53,431 nucleotides of DNA, taken from assembly GCA_945890885.1 (NCBI GenBank), contig CAMDDF010000001.1, positions 1 to 53,431 on the forward strand, read 5' to 3'. The DNA comes from Candidatus Kuenenia stuttgartensis. GTDB taxonomy: Bacteria > Planctomycetota > Phycisphaerae > Sedimentisphaerales > CAMDDF01. Within the stretch, counting starts at the first letter, position 1; every line of letters begins with the position of its first letter. A program made the translations under genes and the position numbers. The notes under the pieces were generated by a model that had not been told where the DNA came from, made no database searches, and saw only the letters and a program-made list of their open reading frames with translations. Shown here one piece after another: positions 37,710 to 45,952 of this stretch.

Positions 37710-37833
37710 GTTCCAGAATCGACAAACTCCCATTACCCCGTCAGATATACCCCTTCCAGTGAAACACCGCTTAAAAAAGCTGAAAAGGCATTCCGTGAGC
37801 ATTTAAACAATAACACTATGCAGGAGAAATATT

Positions 37834-38115
37834 ATGAAACAGGAGAAATTAAATAGCATTGAAGAGGTGCTGCAGTTTTGCAGGGATAACAACCTTCCGG
37901 CAAGAGTGGTGGGTAAATGGGTATGGCTGAAGTTTCCGCTTAGGCCATATGCGTCTGTACGGGAGGAACTAGAGCAGGCCGGCTTTAGATGGTCAAATCG
38001 CCGCAAGCAATTCCATCACAACTGCGGATACCCGTCAGAACCTGCCAGAGATTACGAACCATGGGACCGCTATGGAACCAGGACACTTGAAGAGGCAATT
38101 CCAACTAACCGTTAA
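37834..38115 (+). CDS. small mobile-element protein, paralogue 2
   Basis: MKQEKLNSIEEVLQFCRDNNL..VGKWVWLKFPLRP....ELEQAGFRWSNRRKQFHHNCGYPS is colinear with the 37371 gene. Confidence 0.7.
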   Translation: MKQEKLNSIEEVLQFCRDNNLPARVVGKWVWLKFPLRPYASVREELEQAGFRWSNRRKQFHHNCGYPSEPARDYEPWDRYGTRTLEEAIPTNR

Positions 38116-38151
38116 TCAAAAAAACAATAACATTATTTCAGGAGAACTATT

Positions 38152-38469
38152 ATGAAACTTATGACAAATGAAATCGAAGCAACGCTTAAACCACTTTATC
38201 ACTATGAGAATTCAGGTGAAAAGCCTGTAGCGGTTCTGAAGTACTTTGACCCAACCGGAAGCTGGTCGTGGTATGCAGCCGAAGGACAGAAGCAGGAGGA
38301 CGGCGACTGGCTGTTCTGGGGTGCCGTGGACGGCTTTGAATTCGAGTACGGGTATTTTACCCTCAATGAGCTTCAACACGCCAAGGACGGATGTAGGGGG
38401 ATGCAGGCGCTTCCCATAGAGCGGGACCTGCACTTTAATCCTACGCTGCTTAGTGAGCTTAGCCGTTAA
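38152..38469 (+). CDS. DUF2958-like protein
   Basis: LKPLYHYENSGEKPVAVLKYFDPTGSWSWYAAEG....DWLFWGAVDGFEFEYGYFTLNEL.......PIERDLHFNP matches my recollection of the DUF2958 signature common on plasmids and ICEs. Confidence 0.75.
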   Translation: MKLMTNEIEATLKPLYHYENSGEKPVAVLKYFDPTGSWSWYAAEGQKQEDGDWLFWGAVDGFEFEYGYFTLNELQHAKDGCRGMQALPIERDLHFNPTLLSELSR

Positions 38470-38497
38470 TCAGCAATCTAACAATAACAATCAAATG

Positions 38498-38524
38498 GAG
38501 CTCGGGAAACCGGGCTCTTTTTTT
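38498..38524 (+). terminator. rho-independent terminator / attenuator between small genes
   Basis: GAGCTCGG-gaaa-CCGGGCTC (one mismatch) followed by T7. Confidence 0.5.
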
Positions 38525-38536
38525 AAGGAGAATGCT

Positions 38537-38980
38537 ATGACAGTTTTACAGACACTCCACGCAAGGTTAGAATCAGTTGCATACAAGGTTACGGACAATT
38601 TCTGCTACAGCTGCTACAAGGTCGTAAAGGGCGACCATTGCCCAACCTGTCACAGTGATGACTTTATGAGGCATTTAAGCGGCGTGGGTGTAGAATACGG
38701 CACTGAGTGGGTCATTGAGCATTTAATCAGAGAGCATTGCCAGCCTGTTGATGGTGATGCTCTGTATGAGGAGATTCTAAATGAACGCTATGAACCGGTA
38801 AAAATAGACTGCAGCCGGTGGGATGCTGGTTATGTTATGAAGGAACTTGACCCTGCGGCATTCAGCTGCGGTGTAAGCGACTATCTTTCAGACGATGATA
38901 CATTTACCGAATTTTATGGTGAATATTATCTTTTAAGCGATATTGAGCATATGCTTGATAAACTCGAAGCTGCTGATTAA
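38537..38980 (+). CDS. 147-aa zinc-ribbon protein with acidic C-terminus
   Basis: Start moved to 38537 (AAGGAG 7 nt upstream, after the terminator). CYSCYKVVKGDHCPTCH; the C-terminal part is D/E/Y-rich. Confidence 0.65.
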   Translation: MTVLQTLHARLESVAYKVTDNFCYSCYKVVKGDHCPTCHSDDFMRHLSGVGVEYGTEWVIEHLIREHCQPVDGDALYEEILNERYEPVKIDCSRWDAGYVMKELDPAAFSCGVSDYLSDDDTFTEFYGEYYLLSDIEHMLDKLEAAD

Positions 38981-38986
38981 TCTTTC

Positions 38987-39017
38987 AAGGGAGGCCGCAA
39001 CTGGCTTCCCTTTTTTT
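38987..39017 (+). terminator. rho-independent terminator closing the small-gene module
   Basis: AAGGGAGGCC-gcaact-GGCTTCCCTT (one mismatch) followed by T-run. Confidence 0.6.
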
Positions 39018-39052
39018 GCGCGCACAAAGGGGGATAATAGTGAAAACACGTT

Positions 39053-39232
39053 TGGGACCCCATAGCCTCAAATTTTTCCCCCTGCACCCTAAATTTAAAG
39101 CCTATGCCCAACCGGTTTTAATCCGAAATTAAAGGGGTTTAGTCTATTAGGGTACTTTGGCTAGGGTCAGGCAACGTTCGTCGATTTTAGCGGCTTAAAC
39201 TATCCATTTTACTGGGGTTTTTCTCAATTATT
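39053..39232. repeat. island intergenic repeat family 1, copy C
   Basis: See copies A and B. Ends 19 nt from the stop of the NERD-helicase gene. Confidence 0.6.
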
Positions 39233-39250
39233 GTTACTTATATATACCTA

Positions 39251-41194
39251 TTAGTCATATTGAATCCATTCTATATCTGATGGAAACTTGTTATGTAGTT
39301 CCACTAAGGTTTTTCCCACAAATGAAGAACGATCGGATATATGAATTACAAGCGTGTCAATCGCTCTGGTCAGGGGAATCATTAACCACTTTTTAGCGTA
39401 ATCTAACGCAGCTTCCTCCTCATTAAAATACATATCCTCCTCTCTCTGCTCTTTAGTAATTTCAGGATTAGACCTCTTATACTCGAAGAACTCATCTAAA
39501 CCAAAATTCACGACAACCCACCCTTCTAATCCACGGCAGGACTCATACTGTACAATACGAAATTGATCTAAGCTTGTTGGAAAATCATCTCTCATTTTTG
39601 GGTCGACACCATCCCAAACTTGCAAGTTCCAATCTCTATATCGTTGAGCTATAGTAGATTCACGCCGACCATTTGCAGTTACAACCCAGCTGGGCGGTAC
39701 ACAGAGCAACATGTCCACTGGCCTGTTTCCATCATCTTTGGAGGTTGCGATAATACGTTTATGAAACTTTTCAGAAAAGGCATTTCCTTCAATCACAATT
39801 ACTTTTCCACCGTGCGATTCATGAACTGGTTCTAAGTTCCAATTATCAAATTCTATTTGTTCTGCAAAGTGGCCTACAGTTTCACATAACATCGATTTCA
39901 GCCTCAGGCTTTTAGTTAATGGTACTATTTGCGTTTCATTTTTATCAATATTTTTTCGCCAGTCAATTCGAGATACTCCACGAACGAATTGATCTACGCC
40001 GTCAGCAATTATTATTTTTTTATGCCCGTATGTCTTGTAGAGGAAATCTCTTTCTGTCTCCGGCCAATCTTGAGATTCATCAATTAGAATCAAATCCCAA
40101 GATAAAAGCCTACTATATGTCGCTTTAGCCGTTTTGAAGTCATTGTCAGAAAGCGCTCCCTCATTTAAAAACTTTAAAGCCTGTTCTTTGTATTCCTCAT
40201 ATTTTGAAAGAAAATCTTCCTGTCCATGCGTTATTATTTCCAGTGCAATTAGCCACTCATACATGAAGCTATGTATAGTTTTTACCGCAATACTTTTATC
40301 ACCAACAGCATCCTTTACCCCAAGCAGAGTAAGTAACCTTCTCATATCTGCTACCAACGCCTTATTATATGTGAGAATTAGCACGCGAAAACCTTGTTCA
40401 TTGTATGTTTGATGTGCAATTTGGATTAGACGTACCGTTTTACCTGTTCCGCCGCGACCTTTATATATGAGTAGTTGCTTTCCTATTTTTGATGCATACT
40501 GTTGCTGGTTTCGGTCTAAAATGGTCTTTGTAATGACTTCTAATCGTTTTCTACCAATTTTTGAGGTTTCAAGTCGTTTAGAGAAGATACTACAAATTTC
40601 ATCAAACCATACACGGGCGGAAAATGTTTTTACAACTTCATTTTCGTCACTTCCTTTTAACATCGCTATTGCATCTATAAACCTTTGCCATGTCAAATCA
40701 GAACCTAATATGTTTGTATCTAATTTTGGTAAGTCTGTATTGGGTACCTTTCTAAGCCATATCAGATTGTTAATCCATGGAGGTTTTCCATTTTTAGAGT
40801 TACGTTTAATATATTTTCTAACAGATTGCTTTTGCCCCTCACTTTGGCTGGTTACATTGTGCTTTTCACCATTATATTCTACTAAAATATTTGGTCCCTC
40901 GAATGTAACTTTTTCTGGCGGATGACCCTTGACTTCTATAGCGAGGCAGAATGAATGAATTAGTTTATTGTTGGACGCCTTAAACATTTTTTCTCTTGGT
41001 CGATAGTCGGCATAAAAAACTAACAAATCAATATCTTGGGGATTTTGGCCGAAACATTGCACAGAAGAAAATATCTCTAAGATAATATCTTTTGATTCTT
41101 CGAGTCCAGGATATGCTCGAGATGCGAGCCGTCCTAATTGTTCCGCCGCCTCCGCTTCATTACTGTTATCACCAAGAGTGTGAAGTTTCAGCAT
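39251..41194 (-). CDS. NERD-type PD-(D/E)xK nuclease domain fused to UvrD/DUF2075-like SF1 helicase (Nhi-like)
   Basis: N-terminus: E..(AEAAEQLG), DIDLLVF (aa 55-61), AIEVKG (aa 85-90), then QSEGQKQSVRKYI, which is the NERD layout. Helicase: Walker A GRGGTGKT (aa 246-253), LILIDESQDW, IIADGVDQ, SCRGLEGWVVV and PLTRAIDTLVI. Confidence 0.85.
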   Translation of the reverse strand: MLKLHTLGDNSNEAEAAEQLGRLASRAYPGLEESKDIILEIFSSVQCFGQNPQDIDLLVFYADYRPREKMFKASNNKLIHSFCLAIEVKGHPPEKVTFEGPNILVEYNGEKHNVTSQSEGQKQSVRKYIKRNSKNGKPPWINNLIWLRKVPNTDLPKLDTNILGSDLTWQRFIDAIAMLKGSDENEVVKTFSARVWFDEICSIFSKRLETSKIGRKRLEVITKTILDRNQQQYASKIGKQLLIYKGRGGTGKTVRLIQIAHQTYNEQGFRVLILTYNKALVADMRRLLTLLGVKDAVGDKSIAVKTIHSFMYEWLIALEIITHGQEDFLSKYEEYKEQALKFLNEGALSDNDFKTAKATYSRLLSWDLILIDESQDWPETERDFLYKTYGHKKIIIADGVDQFVRGVSRIDWRKNIDKNETQIVPLTKSLRLKSMLCETVGHFAEQIEFDNWNLEPVHESHGGKVIVIEGNAFSEKFHKRIIATSKDDGNRPVDMLLCVPPSWVVTANGRRESTIAQRYRDWNLQVWDGVDPKMRDDFPTSLDQFRIVQYESCRGLEGWVVVNFGLDEFFEYKRSNPEITKEQREEDMYFNEEEAALDYAKKWLMIPLTRAIDTLVIHISDRSSFVGKTLVELHNKFPSDIEWIQYD

Positions 41195-41246
41195 GTATCA
41201 CTCACTTTCATTTCGTCGTAAGATATGTTCTTGATAAATTAAATGA

Positions 41247-42269
41247 TTATATTGATTCAATTTTTACAACCAGTTTCTTTAAGTATTCACCATTTTTACG
41301 CATATCTTCCTGTAAACCAGCTTTTCGTGAAATACCTCTCAGGAAAACTCTTGTGCCGATGCTTGACCCTAAAGCAACAAATGGTGCCAGCGGTGGTATC
41401 AGGCCCATACAGATACCTTCGGCAATATATCCTACAGAGACAGAAGTAACTGTCATTCCGGTTGATTTAATGGTGTCTTTGATAGCAGCTTCAATAGATT
41501 TCTTTTTAAAAGCAAACATAAACGCATTTATTGCACCGTGTAATGCCCCAGAAGACAATGTTACGCCAAGAGCGTTACTAAAAAAGCCTTCCCATGCCGT
41601 TTCATTTATTTCATCTCTGATAATATGGCCAGCTTCCTCGGCTGTCATTGGAACTTCGTGCAGTTGTATTCCGTATTCTGTGTCAACGCCTTGGCTTTTT
41701 AATTCTTCATAAATATTGCTGCTAACAGCATAATCAATATGCTCCACATACTGACCATCATATAATATCTCGTGATTGGCCATCTTTTCCGCATTTTTTT
41801 GAATGGCATCAATAACACTTTCAGAACTCTGATACATTTTAACCTGAATAAACTTTCCATCGTCTGTTATCAGGTCAAAACCCTCCTGGGAGCCGCTTTC
41901 AGCTAATCTAATGCCAGCCCCGAACGATTGTTGGAACTTTAACTCACCTAATGCTCCTTTGAGCTTATTAACCATTCCTTCTGTGGAAGCACCACCTTTT
42001 TCAATCATCGCACGAAAATAGTTTATCGCTTCATACTGTGTATCTACCTTGTCTCCCATCAAAGCAGTTAAAGCCTCTCTGACTTCATTTGAGACCGGAG
42101 CATCATTTAGCCTGCCCTCGCTCAACAAATCAGCCAGTGTGAGTCCAGCCGTAATCTCAACACCTAACAAGTCATCAGCCCGCTGCCTTTTAACGGACTG
42201 CTTGAGCAAATCAGCCATTTTGCCGACAACTCCGTTATTGTATTTGCTTTTAAATTCCTCGATAGTCAT
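41247..42269 (-). CDS. PD-(D/E)xK (Mrr/NERD-like) core protein with two C-terminal Gly/Ala-rich hydrophobic helices
   Basis: GALGELKF (E109)...EGFDLITDDGKFIQVK (D132, Q142-x-K144). Hydrophobic segments at aa ~226-254 and ~271-306 (GMTVTSVSVGYIAEGICMGLIPPLAPFVALGSSIG). Confidence 0.7.
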   Translation of the reverse strand: MTIEEFKSKYNNGVVGKMADLLKQSVKRQRADDLLGVEITAGLTLADLLSEGRLNDAPVSNEVREALTALMGDKVDTQYEAINYFRAMIEKGGASTEGMVNKLKGALGELKFQQSFGAGIRLAESGSQEGFDLITDDGKFIQVKMYQSSESVIDAIQKNAEKMANHEILYDGQYVEHIDYAVSSNIYEELKSQGVDTEYGIQLHEVPMTAEEAGHIIRDEINETAWEGFFSNALGVTLSSGALHGAINAFMFAFKKKSIEAAIKDTIKSTGMTVTSVSVGYIAEGICMGLIPPLAPFVALGSSIGTRVFLRGISRKAGLQEDMRKNGEYLKKLVVKIESI

Positions 42270-42273
42270 TGAA

Positions 42274-42621
42274 TTAATCCGCCTTATTTAACCTCTGCTC
42301 CAAGACTTCGATTCTTTGCAATGCTTCTTCAAGTTTGGTTGCCAGCAAATCGTTGTAGCACTTCTGTAAATCTATAATTTTGGTTAATTCCTCCAAAGCC
42401 TTCTCGCCAGTGAAGGTTTTCTTGCTGTTATTAACTTTATTTCCCACTTTTATGGCTTGTTCCGTAATGCCTTTTTTATCACAAAACTGCTTAGTCCTAT
42501 CCATAGCAGTTTTTGTTGTAGGATGATTCATAATAGTTCCGGTTGCCGATTTAACCTGTTCAGTAACGTTTTTTAATTGTTCTTGACCCTTACTGAAAAT
42601 GCTTTGGAATTTATTGTTCAT
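42274..42621 (-). CDS. 115-aa predicted coiled-coil protein
   Basis: ATG at 42621 (the track uses TTG at 42627). K/E/Q/L-rich heptad-like sequence. The stop is 4 nt before the ATG of the 340-aa gene, suggesting translational coupling. Confidence 0.6.
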   Translation of the reverse strand: MNNKFQSIFSKGQEQLKNVTEQVKSATGTIMNHPTTKTAMDRTKQFCDKKGITEQAIKVGNKVNNSKKTFTGEKALEELTKIIDLQKCYNDLLATKLEEALQRIEVLEQRLNKAD

Positions 42622-42669
42622 ATCCAAATCCTATAAAAACCCGTATTGGCAATCGCAAATTTTAGTCTG

Positions 42670-43545
42670 TCAGAGTTTTACTCTTCTCAACACAAGACCA
42701 CCTAAGCCCAATAACAGAAGCGTTGTCGGTTCGGGGATTGAGGCAACACGGAACCCGACAGCACGGTGCTCGAAGTCTGGGGTGACGACGTCGTCCCGGT
42801 AGGACAACGCGAGGCCGTAGTTGTCGTAGTAGTACGACCCACCGCGAAGACCGCGACCGGAATCGGACAAATAGTTTCCACTGTTCCACGGACTTTCCGT
42901 CCATTCCATTACATTGCCCATCATGTTATACGTATTGTTGAGTTCTTTGACACCGCTGGTGGCATTCCATGGTTCATTCCCAACAGAAGAACTGTAGTTC
43001 CATTTCGTAGGGTTCGGCAAACCTTCAATAAGGTCACCAGTTGATGCGTTAGACCATGTCTGGATGTTTGTGCCGTTCCAGTAGGCCGCCTTGACCCATT
43101 CATCTTCGGTCGGCAGGAAGTAAATCGCGTTGCTATTGCGGTAGGGATTGGAAGCATCGTAGCCAGTATCAGTCACATCCCACACACTAAAAGTACTGCT
43201 GCTAAACTTATACGCCGCCGGGTTCCCAGTGCTGGTGTTTAAATAGTTGACAAACTGAGCCGCCTCAAACCAGCTTACGCTATTGCTTGGAACGTCAGCT
43301 CCTGTCCAGTAGATATTGCTATTGGAAGCAAACTTGGCAAACTGGGCATTGCTGACCTCGTAGGTACCCATGCGGTAGTCACTGTTGACGATTCCGTAAC
43401 CACTGGTTGGGTTTGTACTGCCTGAAATCGGCACAAAGTCGATGGTGAATTGATTCTCCCCGCTACCAAAGATGTCAGCCAAAGCAATATTTGCTACTAC
43501 CAAAACACATAAAAACATTACCACAAAAATTGATTTAGTTCCCAC
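42670..43545 (-). CDS. secreted FGE-sulfatase (SUMF1-like) domain protein with PEP-CTERM anchor
   Basis: Signal peptide, W/Y/N-rich FGE-type domain ending RGGSYYYDN...AVGFRVASI, then PEPTTLLLLGLGGLVLRR (PEP-CTERM). Confidence 0.85.
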   Translation of the reverse strand: MGTKSIFVVMFLCVLVVANIALADIFGSGENQFTIDFVPISGSTNPTSGYGIVNSDYRMGTYEVSNAQFAKFASNSNIYWTGADVPSNSVSWFEAAQFVNYLNTSTGNPAAYKFSSSTFSVWDVTDTGYDASNPYRNSNAIYFLPTEDEWVKAAYWNGTNIQTWSNASTGDLIEGLPNPTKWNYSSSVGNEPWNATSGVKELNNTYNMMGNVMEWTESPWNSGNYLSDSGRGLRGGSYYYDNYGLALSYRDDVVTPDFEHRAVGFRVASIPEPTTLLLLGLGGLVLRRVKL

Positions 43546-43918
43546 TGTTCATTACCTCCCTAAAACTCGTTAATATTTTTCCGCCCATAAAAAAAGGGCA
43601 CCGCTACATCGTGCTCGTTCAAGGTCAGCCAAGACCCAATCGTAACACGCAAGCAATGCCCCATACGGGGCACTGTCTTTCGCGCGCTTACGATTTCGAA
43701 ATTTTGGCTGTTTTGAACGAAACGCATCAAAAGTTCAGTGAACTTTCAAATATTAAATTGTCGGGATAATTGTACTACTCTTTGTCCAGTAATCAAAGTA
43801 AAAACTGCCAAAGAGTGAATATCTTTGCAAATGGCTCTTTTTCGGGTAAAATAATACCAACTGTTCTGGCTCAAATTGGGGCCAATTAATCGTGTTTATA
43901 TTGAAAAATCGAAGAAAT

Positions 43919-44668
43919 ATGACAGATAACAATGGAAATTTTCTATCTAGGGATTTTAAATGCTATTTAAATATGTCCGCTGAACTTTTTGACTGGGATA
44001 AAGCTTTTACTACAGAAGAAATAGGGAACATTGATTTTCCCGCCAATAATTTAGATGAATTAGCAGACCTTATTGAGAAGGCTGATTCTTGCATAAGGCG
44101 GGATTGTAAGTGGAGCGAAACGAGTGTTTCCGGTAAAATTGTTCATCTTCAAGGTTATTCAAATTACACAGAGGATACCCTGACTTGTGTACAAGCTTGC
44201 ATCTTGTCCGCCAAGAAATTACGTCCAGAGTTAGAAAAGGTAATGGGGGAAGATGGGGCAAAGAACATTTATCAGCAATTGCAGCTTACGCTACGTTTTG
44301 TAGTTGAAGAAAACAAGGCTTTCCTATATGTGCCAGAGAGGTATAGTCCCCCTGAAAGAGATTACTCAGGTGCTACTCAAATCGCAAATAATTTAAAATT
44401 ATTAATGGGAGAAATAGAAAAGCATACACCTAATAGTGTTCCAATAGATGATAAAGAATTTTCAATTTTGGTAGAACTTAATGGTCGACCACCTAACGTA
44501 ACATTATCACAGGTAGAGATTGGAGCAGCTACAGACATACCACAAGGCACAATTAAAGATAAGCTACCAAGGCTTGAAGATATTGGCCTTGTACATCGAC
44601 CGTTGGGTAAAAGAAAAGGCTATCAGATAACTTCTAAAGGCAAACAAGTCGCCCAGAGAAATAAATAG
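43919..44668 (+). CDS. hypothetical protein with C-terminal winged-helix (MarR-like) DNA-binding domain
   Basis: The C-terminus LSQVEIGAATDIPQGTIKDKLPRLEDIGLVHRPLGKRKGYQITSKG is wHTH-like. Divergent from the 43545 operon. The start is uncertain (GTG at 43892 or ATG at 43919). Confidence 0.6.
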   Translation: MTDNNGNFLSRDFKCYLNMSAELFDWDKAFTTEEIGNIDFPANNLDELADLIEKADSCIRRDCKWSETSVSGKIVHLQGYSNYTEDTLTCVQACILSAKKLRPELEKVMGEDGAKNIYQQLQLTLRFVVEENKAFLYVPERYSPPERDYSGATQIANNLKLLMGEIEKHTPNSVPIDDKEFSILVELNGRPPNVTLSQVEIGAATDIPQGTIKDKLPRLEDIGLVHRPLGKRKGYQITSKGKQVAQRNK

Positions 44669-44779
44669 CTCCACTATTATTCACTTATATTCACACCTTA
44701 TTCACGCCAAGCATTTCCATTATTTGCTCTAATAGGCCTTGAAAATTAAGAATTATTAACTTTTTTCAAGGAGCAAAAA

Positions 44780-45034
44780 ATGGCAAAAAAACAAACACAG
44801 GTAAGTATTCAAGCAAATTCTCTCCTGACGGCTCAGGAACTGGCCGAGATGCTTGGCTTATGCAAGCGACAAATTTTTCGCTTGAACAGTATCGGCAAGA
44901 TTCCCAAACCTGTCCGTATTGGTGGTTCTGTTCGCTGGCGTCGCTCGGATATTGAACTTTGGCTGGAACTGGGCTGTCCTGAGAGAGGAACATTCGAGGC
45001 AATGAAGGAAGGGGACAAAAATGGACAGCGATAA
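44780..45034 (+). CDS. AlpA/excisionase-family HTH protein
   Basis: LLTAQELAEMLGLCKRQIFRLNSIGKIPKPVRIGGSVRWRRSDIELWL (HTH_17 pattern). Confidence 0.8.
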   Translation: MAKKQTQVSIQANSLLTAQELAEMLGLCKRQIFRLNSIGKIPKPVRIGGSVRWRRSDIELWLELGCPERGTFEAMKEGDKNGQR

Positions 45035-45215
45035 ATTGAACACCCGCCTTGTTAGGCCAAAAGATGCGGCAGCATACTTGGCTATTTGTGAACGTAAACT
45101 CTGGGAATTATCAAAGGATGATATCATTCCTGTTGTTCGGCTGGGGCGTGCAACTCGTTATGATTTAGCAGACTTGGACAGCTTCATCAGCAAAGCTAAG
45201 GGGGTGCATCAATGA
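45021..45215 (+). CDS. second excisionase-family HTH protein
   Basis: LVRPKDAAAYLAICERKLWELSKDDIIPVVRLGRATRYDLADLDSFI. Overlaps the previous gene by 14 nt. Confidence 0.75.
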   Translation: MDSDKLNTRLVRPKDAAAYLAICERKLWELSKDDIIPVVRLGRATRYDLADLDSFISKAKGVHQ

Positions 45216-45466
45216 CCGACAAACAAAGGCAGTGGATGTTAAAAATACCCCAAATATATCAGGCTAACTTTAAAACCGCTATTGATGGCAAAAGCAAATC
45301 GGCTGCGGTAAAAGCTAAATGTCTGGATTGTTCTTGCTGGCAGAGAACCGAAATTGCGAATTGTTCGGTTGATATCTGCCCGCTATGGTTATATCGTCCC
45401 TACAGAAAGGCCGAGAATCTGAAAAACCCCCAAAAATACGGTACTTTAGAAAAGAAAAAGGATTAA
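45212..45466 (+). CDS. small Cys-rich mobile-element protein
   Basis: KAKCLDCSCWQRTEIANCSVDICPLWLYRPYR. 4-nt overlap with the upstream gene. Confidence 0.6.
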   Translation: MTDKQRQWMLKIPQIYQANFKTAIDGKSKSAAVKAKCLDCSCWQRTEIANCSVDICPLWLYRPYRKAENLKNPQKYGTLEKKKD

Positions 45467-45478
45467 TGGTGCTTTGGT

Positions 45479-45952
45479 ATGGGTAAGGACAAGAAATCTT
45501 CTCAAATATACTTTCCCAGACAGTTGTTAGAGTCCAGAGCATTTATAGCATTGAAAACCGCGACAGCTCACAAAGTTTTGGTAATATTCTTTGCCAAGCG
45601 ACAATTCAGTAAGGTTGGCAGGAAGGGTAAAGAGCAATGGCAAATTACCAACAATGGTGAAATTGAGTTTACGTACCCTGAAGCTACAGCAAAACTAGGT
45701 ATAACCGGTGGGACTTTTACAAATGCCATTGATGAGCTTAGAGAAAAGGGTTTTATTGATATTACCGAATACGGAGGCGGTTTGAATAAATCAAGAAATC
45801 TGTATGCAATATCAGAGCGATGGATGCTATACGGAACGCCGGAGTATAAGCAGCCAAAGCCAAGGCCAAACCCCGCTACAAACAAAGGTTTTCAAAATGG
45901 AAATCAACTTGGCAGAAACTGCATAAGAAAAAAAATAACTGTTGCCTGCTAA
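45479..45952 (+). CDS. wHTH protein (replication/regulatory-like)
   Basis: FPRQLLESRAFIALKTATAHKVLVIFFAK...TYPEATAKLGITGGTFTNAIDELREKGFIDI. The stop lies inside the first iteron. Confidence 0.6.
   Translation: MGKDKKSSQIYFPRQLLESRAFIALKTATAHKVLVIFFAKRQFSKVGRKGKEQWQITNNGEIEFTYPEATAKLGITGGTFTNAIDELREKGFIDITEYGGGLNKSRNLYAISERWMLYGTPEYKQPKPRPNPATNKGFQNGNQLGRNCIRKKITVAC

Noticed and set aside
42670-43545. Whether the FGE-sulfatase/PEP-CTERM gene is a fourth member of the helicase cluster, given that it is co-oriented and only ~45 nt upstream of orf115. FGE-type domains are used as sensors in some conflict systems.
   Set aside because: It has a signal peptide and a PEP-CTERM anchor, so it is an exported surface protein of a family that is typically multi-copy in such genomes. 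Linkage may be incidental, so it is left out of the proposed system. Co-transcription should still be tested.
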